This document shows positions 47,263 through 57,286 of a stretch of DNA of 64,000 nucleotides, in pieces. The first letter of the stretch is position 1. Each line of letters opens with the position of its first letter. Under the pieces are notes generated by a model. That model was not told the DNA's origin and did not search any database. It saw only the letters and a program-made list of their open reading frames with translations. The position numbers and the translations under genes were made by a program. Location: positions 569,924 to 633,923 of the forward strand of contig AP024679.1 of NCBI GenBank assembly GCA_025999215.1, read 5' to 3'. This DNA comes from Candidatus Dojkabacteria bacterium. Lineage in GTDB: Bacteria; Patescibacteriota; Dojkabacteria; J137.

Positions 47263-47783
47263 ATGAAAAGAGTACATCTCCAAAAAAAGACACTGAACAT
47301 GGATTGTTTCAAAAAATGCTCGCAGAGGCTGGAGTTTATTACACGCTTAGGCAGAATAAACTGGAAGAGTTCACCATTCATGGTCAGAATTTTAAATCAA
47401 GCCTATCAGTTTGTGTACTACATGAAGAAGGTCTTGGTATCTGTGAAACCTTGGAACGCACATCTTCGATCATGTTTGAGAGTTTTTTACCTCAGCATAA
47501 ATCCCTGAATGTAATAATTGAAGGGAATCAGCTGCATGAACATTTCAGGGTACATGCAAGTGTTGTCGATCCGATTTCCGTACTTTGGACCCTCGGTTTA
47601 AATCGTTATGCTTTACATTTATTCATAGCGAAAGATGGGGTTGTAACGGAAACCCATATACTGTTAGATGCGTTCTCGGACACAGAGATTTACAAAGAAC
47701 TTCTCGGTTTTATTGAGACTGCTGGCGTAAGCCAAAGCGCAAAAGTATATTGTATCTGTCTAGAAGAGCTAAGCAGGATCTAA
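47263..47783 (+). CDS. Orphan hypothetical protein; likely starts at ATG 47263 with a -1 shift in the A7 run at 47282-47288
   Basis: gaaagg before ATG 47263; one extra A joins MKRVHLQKK to DTEHGLFQKMLAE...; main ORF is 47304-47783. Confidence 0.6.
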
Positions 47784-47807
47784 CTTTATTATGTTGATCC
47801 TGTAGCG

Positions 47808-47844
47808 AAGAACAATAGCGCCCCTTTGGGGCGCTATTGTTCTT
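47808..47844 (+). terminator. 17-bp stem terminator-like hairpin
   Basis: aagaacaatagcgcccc-ttt-ggggcgctattgttctt followed by T-rich sequence. Confidence 0.85.
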
Positions 47845-47928
47845 TTCTTAATTTTTCAAATCCTTCTAAATTTAACTTAATAAATTTTAACTCTTTGCAA
47901 TGCTTGCAATTTAGTTTAAAATTATTGC

Positions 47929-49002
47929 ATGAGGTTAGTTTTAAAGCATTATAATTTTGTAAGGATTTTTGTAATTTTAATAGTTACAATTTTCTCAGTA
48001 TCTTTTAATTTACTAACGAGTAAACAAGTTTTAGCATCTTCTGATATTACTCCTGAAAGTGTTCTTTTAGAGCACAACAAATATCGTACTCAACAAAACC
48101 TACCACCTTTAGAACGCAATTCTCTACTTGATTTTTCAGCTCTGCTTAAAGCTAATGAGATGATAAATCTTAATTGCTGGTCTCACTACTGCCCTCCGAA
48201 TAAAGCGCCATGGGATTTTATGAATGAAGCAGGATATAAATTTGTAATCGCAGGTGAAAATTTGGCTGAAGGTTTTAGCGATGTTAACACACTTATGCAA
48301 GCCTGGCTTAATAGTCCTACTCACCGAGACAATATTTTAAGAAACGAATATACTGAAATTGGTATTGCTGTAGTTTATGGAAACTTTAAAGGTAAAGAAA
48401 ATAATCCCGTAATAGTTGTTCATTTTGGTAAACCTGCATTAAATTCTGTTTCTGCAAATTTAAGCCAAAATATTAAAATAATTCAGCCAAACAATGACGA
48501 AGTTTACATGCAAAATTCAGTTGTTGTTAGAGGTCAAGCCCAAAATATCGAAAGTGTTGATTTAACTCTTGATTCAAAGCTTGTTAATTCTCAGAATATT
48601 TTAGATGGTTTATTTTTCTTTAATCTTGAAAATTTAGAATCAGGTAAACATCAAATTATCGTTTCTGATTCAAATAATCCCAATTTGAAAGATTCTGTTA
48701 GTTTTTATATTGATTCAGTTTTTACAAATCCATCAGAGGTTAATATTAATCAAACTCAAGAAGTGGAGAATAACTTTCAACTATCAGAAGTAAAAAATTC
48801 CGTTAACATTGGAATCACTTTAGTATTGATTAGTATTTTTATGTTTGATTTTTTGATATTGAAGTTTACAAATCTCAATACTCAAATTGATCATAATATT
48901 AAGCATAGTTCACTTCATTTTGGTATACTTGCTATAGTGCTTTTTATTTTGTTGACAGCCAACTTAGGTGGACATATTACTGATGAATCTTTTATTATTT
49001 AA
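47929..49002 (+). CDS. CAP/SCP-domain exported protein with Ig-like domain and C-terminal TMs
   Basis: HNKYR, WSH, AGENLA and WLNSPTHRDNIL. Confidence 0.92.
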   Translation: MRLVLKHYNFVRIFVILIVTIFSVSFNLLTSKQVLASSDITPESVLLEHNKYRTQQNLPPLERNSLLDFSALLKANEMINLNCWSHYCPPNKAPWDFMNEAGYKFVIAGENLAEGFSDVNTLMQAWLNSPTHRDNILRNEYTEIGIAVVYGNFKGKENNPVIVVHFGKPALNSVSANLSQNIKIIQPNNDEVYMQNSVVVRGQAQNIESVDLTLDSKLVNSQNILDGLFFFNLENLESGKHQIIVSDSNNPNLKDSVSFYIDSVFTNPSEVNINQTQEVENNFQLSEVKNSVNIGITLVLISIFMFDFLILKFTNLNTQIDHNIKHSSLHFGILAIVLFILLTANLGGHITDESFII

Positions 49003-49007
49003 AATCT

Positions 49008-50447
49008 ATGAAAAAAATTTTACTTGAAATTGAAAATAAGAGTTTTAGTTTTTTTATTCCTGCAAATTTTTATGAATTTTTGAGTGTTCTACTACAAAGT
49101 TTGTTTTTGGTGTTTTTTCCAGTCCTTATATTTTTAGTTCTTTTCAGTAATGAACAAAATATTGAAAATAATTTATTTAATTTTTTAATTACTTTTGTAA
49201 GCATTGGAATTTCAGTTTATTTAGTCAAAAGTATATTATTTGGCAATAATTTAAAAGTTGATCCTCCTGGTTTTATTTTTGTTTTAGTTTTTGCTTTGTG
49301 TATTACGTTTTCGTCTTTTGTGTCTTCTTCTTACACTACTAATTCTCAATTATTAACTTTTGGCAGCTCTCAGTCGAGAACATTATCAAGCGTTTTTGCG
49401 CTTTGTATTTTGGGTCTATATTTTTTATCAAGTTATAATTTTAAAGATTATTCTTATTTTAAAAAATTTTTAAGTTTAAACGCTCTAACCTATATTATCT
49501 TTTTGATTCTTTCAATTTTTATCAATCTTAATGGAATTGAAGCTTTTTTATTACTCTCATCTGCTCATATATTTGCAATAATTGCAATAACTTGTCAAAA
49601 AAAGTTAAGAATATTTGGATTATTTTTAACTTTTATCACATTAATCTATTTTTTCTATACCAATTCTCAAAATTTAACAATTCCTAACATTGTAATTCTT
49701 TTTGTGGTGCTAATTACTTTGTTATTGCCAATTTCAGTAATTTTCACTTTTAATTATATAGAATTAAACTCATCTAAAAATTCTAATAAAAATTTATCAA
49801 TTGAAATCCTTAAAAATTCAAATTTACATAAACTATTGTTAGTTTACCTAATTCTTTTGTTCATTTTTATTTATTTGAACTTTACAAGCAACACTTTGGA
49901 AGTTTTTTTAACACAGGTTTATGATAAATATTTGGATTATTTCAATTTTCTAAAAATTCTCTGGGATGATGGAGCAACTTCCTTTTTAAAAGAATTATTT
50001 TTTGGTGTTAAAAATATAAATTATAATTCAAATAATTTACCATTTATGCTTTTGGTGTTAATAAATCATGGATTGTTTGGATTTGTTGGATTCTTAGCTA
50101 TTTATTTGTATGGGTTTTATGCTGGTATGAAATCTATGTTTTATGATTTAAATTCTAAAAAAATCGGCTTTATATGGGTTTATGCCTTTGTTATTATTTT
50201 TATATCAATTTTTTCGTTTTTAAGTTTTGTTAATATTTTTATGTCCTTACTATGGTGGATATCATTAAGTTTAACTTCTTTTTACCTTTCATCTCATTTA
50301 GATGAAACCTATTTAAAAAACAATATTTTTCATGATGAAAACAAAGAAAATAAAAATTTTTCGATAATTATCTTTTCATTAAGAGTTTTTTTAGCTATTA
50401 TGGTTGTAAGTGTAGCTTTGCTTATATTTACTGAAGTATATTTTTAA
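49008..50447 (+). CDS. Polytopic membrane protein (possibly Wzy/O-antigen ligase-like)
   Basis: More than 10 TMs; late loop FFGV...N...L..HGLFG loosely resembles Wzy_C. Confidence 0.6.
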   Translation: MKKILLEIENKSFSFFIPANFYEFLSVLLQSLFLVFFPVLIFLVLFSNEQNIENNLFNFLITFVSIGISVYLVKSILFGNNLKVDPPGFIFVLVFALCITFSSFVSSSYTTNSQLLTFGSSQSRTLSSVFALCILGLYFLSSYNFKDYSYFKKFLSLNALTYIIFLILSIFINLNGIEAFLLLSSAHIFAIIAITCQKKLRIFGLFLTFITLIYFFYTNSQNLTIPNIVILFVVLITLLLPISVIFTFNYIELNSSKNSNKNLSIEILKNSNLHKLLLVYLILLFIFIYLNFTSNTLEVFLTQVYDKYLDYFNFLKILWDDGATSFLKELFFGVKNINYNSNNLPFMLLVLINHGLFGFVGFLAIYLYGFYAGMKSMFYDLNSKKIGFIWVYAFVIIFISIFSFLSFVNIFMSLLWWISLSLTSFYLSSHLDETYLKNNIFHDENKENKNFSIIIFSLRVFLAIMVVSVALLIFTEVYF

Positions 50448-50450
50448 AAT

Positions 50451-53011
50451 ATGTCAAAATCAAAAAAAATTGCAATATTAATTCTTGGTATTTTAACTCT
50501 ATTCTTTGGGATAGCATCAATTTACTTGGTATCGCAACTTTCTCAAGAAGACACTGCTCCTGATGATAGTAGCGCACAAGTTTTGCAATGCGGATCGTAT
50601 GTTTGTGTGAGAGATGGAGTTAATCTTGAAGTTGTAAATCAAGACTGTAACTATACAGGTCCTTATAATTGTAATGATAGAGCACTAAATTATTGTAGGG
50701 AAAAATATGGATCAAGAACTACAACTCAACCACTGCAGGGTCCAAACTGTACGCAAACTGGAGGTCCTACTACGGGTGGAGAACCTCCACTAACAGGATC
50801 AACTAAAAATAAAAATATTGGTGATGAATGTATACCTAATCAAGACGCTACCAGAACTAGGTGGCTGTGATGGAGACGGCCCTTTAGTGTGTAGTGGAAC
50901 AGTTGGTTTATATTGTCCTCCTGGTACACCAAATGCAGGTAAATCTGTTTGTATGTGGGGAGGAGAAGGTCAATCATTCCGAACAAGCCTTCTCTGCTGC
51001 ATGTGGTTCACCAGGAAGTGGTGGAACGCCAAATCCTAAATGTGTAACTTCAAGTGGTATTGCTGTTCCTAACGGTTACATCGAATGCTACACAAATTCC
51101 ACACTGAAAAAGGGAAGGCAATGTGGTCCTAACGGTTGGATTGAAAATGTAGAAGCTGATGCATGTGGTGCACGTGCTGGAACTGCGATTAACGATACAA
51201 CAATATTTAAAGGTTGCGGTCCGATTTCTGGTTATACAATCATTCGTCGTGATGAAGGTAATTTACCGGATACTTGTTATAACTGTTATGATTACGAAGA
51301 CGGTGATGATGATCAAACCAATAACAGAAAGGAATGTTACTTTGAAGGGTCTTCATGTGGTGCAAGGATTGAATGTTATAAACCGACCTTTACGCAAAAT
51401 CCACCAATCACTGAACCACCTTCAACTGAGCCACCTCCTCCACCACAGTCTGATGCTCAATGTGGCGATTCGTGCACATCAGATAGTGATTGTGTTTCTA
51501 GCAACAATGTATGTGATAATGGAGTTTGTAAATTAAACATTTGTGCATCTAACCCAAGTGCTTGTAATCCTGATCTGTGCTCTATTGCGCCTACGAACCA
51601 AGTTGGTAGTGTTAGTGGTACTGCGTACTGTGAAGATAATCCAGGCACAAGATATCCAATTGCTAACTCATTCGTAACTCTAACATTAAGCAATGGAAGT
51701 CAAACTATTGTTCAAACTGATTCAAATGGTAACTATACATTCAATAACTTAGATAATCCAAACGATACCACAGCGCCATATGTGGTGAGTGTAAGTCACA
51801 GTCTTCCACAAGGATCACTTAGTAATGGTCAACCTTTTTCATTACTCAATGGACCAAATGCTGTTAATTGTTCAAATACTTCATTAACTGGATGTTCAGC
51901 TGATAGCTGTGGAAACAGTAATGAAACATACAACATGTGTGAGTTGAATGATGGTGAAAATGGAACAAATTTTGATTTTGCTTATACTAATTGTGAACCT
52001 ATCGCAAATGCTTGCATAGGATTAAATGAAATTGGTCCTGATCCCGTTGATAGTGGTGCAGGGAATATTATGATTTATGTTCTTGAGTATCAATCTGCTC
52101 AAGCTACAAATCCTTTCCCTAATATCAGGTTACGTGTTGGTCCTAGCGCTTCACCAGTTGGTCGTGACAGCAACAATCCATCTAGCAACTTAGTTGCGCC
52201 AGCAAGTACTAGTTATAATTCTTCAACAGGTATTTGGACATATTATTTTGAATGGGAAGTTGCTGAAACTGACAATAGTGATGTATTAGATGGAAGTTAT
52301 GATGTTAGAGTTATCACAGATGGTGTAAGTGCGGAAATATCTGATTCATCTTGTATTGAACAAATAGTCGTAACACAAGGAACTGTTCAAGAGCCTGTGT
52401 TTAATATTGTTAAGGAAAGTGCTGATATTTGTTTATCTGATGGCAGTGCACAAATTGATTACACCATAAGAGTAACTAACATCGGACCAGTGTCTGGCGT
52501 AATTGATTATGTTGAAGATACTTTTGATCCTGATTTAGTTCAATACGGAATCACACCTACAGCAATTTCACCATCATTTGGAGTAGTGAGTGGCAACACA
52601 ATAAGATGGGAGGGAAGTGTGAGTGACAGAACTTTTGCTTCAAATCAATCACGAACTTACACATACCGTGTTGTAATCCCACAAAATAGGTTAGTTTACT
52701 TCACAATGGGTGTTGATAATGAAGTTGAACTATCCTTTACAACAGACGAAACCAACACCTTGACATTTTCACTTAACACACCAGTTCAGTGTACAATACC
52801 AGGCATTCCTGATACTTCAATTTCAGACTCACGATTACTGCTTGTTGGTATGATGTTTATAATTGTTGGTTTAATAGTTTATAAAACTGGATTTGGAAGT
52901 ATGTATATTGAAAAATTAATAAATTCTGGAATCGAAGTAACTGATAAAAAAATTACTAAATTAATGCCGTTTGAGGAAAGACTTCAAAAAGAAGCTAGAA
53001 AAAGAAGATAA
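50451..53011 (+). CDS. Large Cys-rich surface protein split by two single-base insertions (~50847, ~50980)
   Basis: N-terminal TM + APDDSSA; continuous Cys/Gly-rich reading across three frames; SdrD B-like and DUF11-like segments; IPDTS + TM + basic tail. Confidence 0.8.
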
Positions 53012-53055
53012 TTGATATTTTTTAAAATAACTAAAATGAAATTTAATTTGAGATA

Positions 53056-53320
53056 TTTATTGATTATAGTGATAATTTTTAACTTTAGTTTTTTACTTTT
53101 TCAAGTTAACGCTCAACCAAGTGAGTTGAATGAAATTCCTGAAGCTATACCAGAAGAAATACCAACAAATGATGTTCCATTAGAACAGACGAATACAGTA
53201 GCTCAAGATATAGATGAGATCAAGAGGCAACAGTTTATTGATGGAGCAATAGTTGGTGGCGGTTTTGGGATAATTGCTGGTGGCGTAATTGTTTGGTTTT
53301 TAAAAGATACTTTTTTTTAA
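53056..53320 (+). CDS. Small exported/membrane protein
   Basis: Signal peptide MKFNLRY...VNA; C-terminal Gly-rich TM; start position approximate. Confidence 0.6.
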
Positions 53321-53321
53321 T

Positions 53322-53606
53322 ATGTTTCAAACAGTTTTTTTTACAACAATTCGCACCATCGCTATACCTTATGTAGCGTATAGGATTTTATCGTCTGGTT
53401 TTGTAGCGGAAAGTAATGCATTATTAATTGTATGCATTGGCTTAACTATTACAGTAGCCCTATCGCTACTTTTTCAAATTTTAAGACTATTTACCAATAT
53501 CATCTTATTAAAACCCCAAAGTGCATTTCAGCGTTTTGTAACAATATTAATTGAATTAGCTAGTGTTGCTGGTTTTTGGTACTATTACATTGTTAATTTT
53601 TCGTAA
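53322..53606 (+). CDS. Small membrane protein
   Basis: 3 hydrophobic segments; tightly packed in the operon. Confidence 0.7.
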   Translation: MFQTVFFTTIRTIAIPYVAYRILSSGFVAESNALLIVCIGLTITVALSLLFQILRLFTNIILLKPQSAFQRFVTILIELASVAGFWYYYIVNFS

Positions 53607-54602
53607 ATGAAAACGGTTTATGTTAGAGATATCAAGAAAAACATGTTTATTGATAGTGAAGCATTTGTAGTTTTAGATTATTCAGAATCTAAAGATAAAA
53701 ATGGAAATACCTATTACAATATTACATTCGGTGATAAAACAGGGAAAATTCCTGCCAAACTCTGGTCTCAACAATTTGAAACAGCAAATCCCAAACTTCT
53801 AAAAACTGGGAAAATTTTATCGGTTACTGCTAAAGTAGATGATTTTCGGGGTTCGTTACAATTAAATGTCCAAGAATTAAAGCTTTTAGATGAAACATCT
53901 CTAGATGAATTTATAGAGTCGTCTGAATATGACCCAGATGAAATGATTAAAAAACTCTTCAGCTATGTGAAAAGTATACAAAATGAATCACTTAGAAAAG
54001 TAATTACCAATATTTTAAGTGATGAAGAGATAGGAAGAAAATTTAAGTATTGGCCAGCAGGAAATTCTATACATCATGCGTTCAGATCAGGTTTATTACA
54101 ACATGTTTTAGAAATGTTAGAAATAGCTGAAAGTCTTAAAAATTTCTATACAAGACTTAATTTTGATGTATTAACTGCTGGAATAATTCTACACGATATT
54201 GGAAAAATAGAAGAGCTTAGTGGTGGCTTAGTTTCAAATTATACTCTTAAAGGAGGTTTGCTTGGGCATATAGTTTTGGGTGTTAAAATTTTTGATAGAT
54301 TTGCTGATGAATTAGATGAAAATACTAAAAATCATATTGAACATTTAATTTTATCTCATCATGGTCGATTAGAATACGGTAGTCCAATTTTACCCGCTAC
54401 TCCAGAAGCAATTGCTTTGCACTATATTGATAATTTATCCTCTAAATTAAGGTCGGCATTCAATGCAGTTGATGAAATTTCTGATGAAGAAGAATTAGGA
54501 AGACCTAACTATTTTTTAGAAGGTGCGAGGTTTTGGAAGGGACATAATAGTAATAGTGATGAATCAAATGACAGTGATGATGACCAAATTTCGCTTGTTT
54601 AG
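53607..54602 (+). CDS. yhaM: YhaM/Cbf1-type OB-fold + HD 3'-5' exoribonuclease
   Basis: GDKTGKI (OB), IHHAFRSGLLQH, LHDIGK and SHHGRLEYGSP. Confidence 0.88.
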   Translation: MKTVYVRDIKKNMFIDSEAFVVLDYSESKDKNGNTYYNITFGDKTGKIPAKLWSQQFETANPKLLKTGKILSVTAKVDDFRGSLQLNVQELKLLDETSLDEFIESSEYDPDEMIKKLFSYVKSIQNESLRKVITNILSDEEIGRKFKYWPAGNSIHHAFRSGLLQHVLEMLEIAESLKNFYTRLNFDVLTAGIILHDIGKIEELSGGLVSNYTLKGGLLGHIVLGVKIFDRFADELDENTKNHIEHLILSHHGRLEYGSPILPATPEAIALHYIDNLSSKLRSAFNAVDEISDEEELGRPNYFLEGARFWKGHNSNSDESNDSDDDQISLV

Positions 54603-54632
54603 ATTTTAAGCATTACATGCTAAAATCTACTC

Positions 54633-55220
54633 ATGAGATTATTTATTGCTGTTTTTCCACCAAAAGAGTATTTGGAATATTTTAGAAATGTTGCAAGATT
54701 GTTTAACAAACAAAAACGAAACTTAAAATTTGTTCCTACTGATCAATTACATATTACTTTAAAATTTCTTGGAAATTCTGTTAGTGAAAATTCTTACAAT
54801 ATTATCAGGGAATCTTTAGTTGAAAATTCACATAGTTTTAAACCTGTAAACATAGAGTTATCTGATATCTCTTTTGGTTTTCCTAAAGAAAGATTTCCCA
54901 AAATTTTATTATCAAAAGTTAAATCAACAGAATCATTAGTTGGTTTATCAGATGAAATTCATAATTTAACACAAGCATTGAAACTCAAAGATACTATCAG
55001 AAGAAAAAATAGATACGCAAATAATTTTCATGTAACCTTAGCCAGACTAAAAGATAACGCTCAAAAAAGTACAGCCAAAAATATCAAATCCATGACTGAA
55101 AACATTAATCTTCAAAAACCTGAGCCAATTGAAATTGATGAGTTTTACATTGTGGAAAGTATTATCAATCAAAAGGGCGTAAGTTATAAAAAGCTTGATA
55201 GATTTACTCTTTATCGATAA
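54633..55220 (+). CDS. thpR: RNA 2',3'-cyclic phosphodiesterase (2H family)
   Basis: MRLFIA, LHITLKFLG and FHVTLAR. Confidence 0.9.
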   Translation: MRLFIAVFPPKEYLEYFRNVARLFNKQKRNLKFVPTDQLHITLKFLGNSVSENSYNIIRESLVENSHSFKPVNIELSDISFGFPKERFPKILLSKVKSTESLVGLSDEIHNLTQALKLKDTIRRKNRYANNFHVTLARLKDNAQKSTAKNIKSMTENINLQKPEPIEIDEFYIVESIINQKGVSYKKLDRFTLYR

Positions 55221-55503
55221 TTTTACTTGTTTTTATAAATCCGTTTTTTAACCTACCATTGGTTGCGTTAGAAAGTAACTTTTTAAAGTTTTCAAATTTT
55301 CTTGGTTTGTCTTTTTGTAAAACATTCCTTCTGTAGTTTAATAAATGATGTGATTTATCAACATCATTAACATCAATATTTTTAATTTGTGAAATGTATT
55401 CCAAAATATTATCAATTTCTCGTTGAAATTTCTCTACCTCAGCTTCTGTTAATCTTAGTTTAGCTAGCTTTGCAATATGTAAAATTTGCTTCCTTGATAT
55501 CAT
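55204..55503 (-). CDS. gatC: Asp/Glu-tRNA amidotransferase subunit C
   Basis: ISRKQILHIAKLAKLRLTEAE...ILEYISQI. Confidence 0.88.
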   Translation of the reverse strand: MISRKQILHIAKLAKLRLTEAEVEKFQREIDNILEYISQIKNIDVNDVDKSHHLLNYRRNVLQKDKPRKFENFKKLLSNATNGRLKNGFIKTSKIIDKE

Positions 55504-55512
55504 ACGTAAAAT

Positions 55513-56883
55513 TTAATCTAACTTAACTACCTCTTTCCATTTTGGAATATAAGTATTTGCAATGTCAAGCTCATCTTTCAAATGATTTTTCATGTTAATA
55601 GCTCTTTCCTTTTCTGCATGAATCAAAAATACTTTTTTAAGATTATCAGATTTTTTTGGTTCAAGCCAATTTTCATAATCAACAGTATCACCATGCGCTG
55701 AAAAACCATGCAGATATTCAATGCGTGCATTAACTGGAATATTTTTTGTACCAATTCTAACCTTTTTAGTTCCTTCAACCAATACTCTTCCCATCGTACC
55801 CTCAGCTTGATATCCAACAAATACAACACTATTCTTTTTGTTTTTTAAACCATGAAATAGATGTTCCACAATTCTTCCTCCGTCTGCCATACCGCTTCCT
55901 GCAATTATAATTTGACCTTTATGTTTTCTAAGTTTAATTGATTCTTTATATTTTTTAACATAATGTAAGTTTGGAAAGTCAAAAAGTGGTTCATCAGTTT
56001 GTTGTAATGATTTCAAATAAATGTTTGTAATTCTTTGAGCTAAAGGACTGTCTAACCAAACATGCACATCTTGATCAAGAGATCCATTTAATTTTGCATG
56101 TTTGAAAATTGTTAACAATAACTGAGTTCGTTGTAGGGCAAATGAAGGAATAAATACATTGCCTCCACGCTCTAGTGTCTCATTTACAATATTAAGTAAA
56201 TCTTGAGTTGAGTCTTCTATTGGTGGATGAAACATTCCTCCATAAAGAGATTCAAGCAAAATATAGTCTGGATTTGACTTATATACCAAATCATATGAAT
56301 CTATAATTTTTTCTTTAGCTCGTCCAATATCACCCGAAAATAAAATGGTACGCTTACCATCAACATCATCAATTTCAACTTCAACGCTTGCAGCTCCTAA
56401 AACATGACCTGCTCTAATAAAAGTTATTTTTATACCTTCAACTGGTTCAAAAGTATCTCTAAAATTTACAGATACAAATTGCGAAATGGTGTCTGAAGCA
56501 TCTTTTGAGTTATAAATTAATTTTACTTCATCAACAAATTTTCCAAAAGGAATTCCCCTTTTAAAATTATTTTCTTGAATTTTGGCAGAATCAAGTAAAA
56601 TTTCTGTAGCTAAAGATATAGTACTCGTAGTTGCATAAATTTTACCTGAAAAACCTTCTCTTACTAACTTTGGAAATAATCCACAATGATCTAAATGCGC
56701 ATGAGTTAGCACAGCAAAATCTACAGATGAAGGATCATAATTAAAATCTTCTAAGTTCCTATATTCAACATCTGGACCTTGAAACATTCCACAGTCAACA
56801 ATAAATGTACCTCTACTAGATTTAACCAAAAAATTAGAGCCGGTCACCGTCTCAGCTGCTCCTCCAAATTCAATTGTAATCAT
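55513..56883 (-). CDS. Beta-CASP metallo-beta-lactamase ribonuclease
   Basis: GAAETVTGS, VDCGMFQG, THAHLDHCG, AGHVLG, SGDIG and FSAHGD. Confidence 0.92.
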   Translation of the reverse strand: MITIEFGGAAETVTGSNFLVKSSRGTFIVDCGMFQGPDVEYRNLEDFNYDPSSVDFAVLTHAHLDHCGLFPKLVREGFSGKIYATTSTISLATEILLDSAKIQENNFKRGIPFGKFVDEVKLIYNSKDASDTISQFVSVNFRDTFEPVEGIKITFIRAGHVLGAASVEVEIDDVDGKRTILFSGDIGRAKEKIIDSYDLVYKSNPDYILLESLYGGMFHPPIEDSTQDLLNIVNETLERGGNVFIPSFALQRTQLLLTIFKHAKLNGSLDQDVHVWLDSPLAQRITNIYLKSLQQTDEPLFDFPNLHYVKKYKESIKLRKHKGQIIIAGSGMADGGRIVEHLFHGLKNKKNSVVFVGYQAEGTMGRVLVEGTKKVRIGTKNIPVNARIEYLHGFSAHGDTVDYENWLEPKKSDNLKKVFLIHAEKERAINMKNHLKDELDIANTYIPKWKEVVKLD

Positions 56884-56966
56884 TCTTATTCTTTAACAAA
56901 TTAAACATTGTATTATATCACAAAGTATAATATTCTTTAAAAATAAATTTAATGTTAAAATTTAGC

Positions 56967-57284
56967 GTGATTCCAAAAAAATATCGTCTAGACAAACGTG
57001 AAATTAAAACAATTTTTGAAAATGGTAAAAAGATAAAATTGAATGGTTTTAGCATTTATTATCAAAAAACTGACGAGGAATACCAGTGCGCAGTAATAGT
57101 ATCTACTAAAGTTAGCAAAAAGTCTGTTGTTCGAAATAGAATTAAAAGAATTTTTAAAAACGCTTTTTTTCAATTAGCGAAACATAAAAAAATTGCCCCC
57201 GCCAAAATTGTAATAGTTGTAAATAACGATTTTGATTTATCTTTAAAATCAACCGATTTGGAAAAATTAATTAAAATAAAATAA
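56967..57284 (+). CDS. rnpA: RNase P protein component
   Basis: IPKKYRL, VSTKVSKKSVVRNRIKR; likely GTG start 5 nt after TGTTAAAAT. Confidence 0.9.
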   Translation: MIPKKYRLDKREIKTIFENGKKIKLNGFSIYYQKTDEEYQCAVIVSTKVSKKSVVRNRIKRIFKNAFFQLAKHKKIAPAKIVIVVNNDFDLSLKSTDLEKLIKIK

Positions 57285-57286
57285 AA

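Noticed and set aside
46248-47850. Integron attC sites after the orphan ORFs (both stops lie in TAAC; atctaac...gttgatc near 47778-47800)
   Set aside because: AAC-GTT spacing is only 8 nt, there is no GTTRRRY at attC distance, and no integron integrase is nearby
10567-50990. Programmed recoding or alternative genetic code as the cause of split genes
   Set aside because: The breaks are frame changes at non-slippery sites, mostly one extra base, and TGA/TAG/TAA all end intact genes normally; read error is simpler
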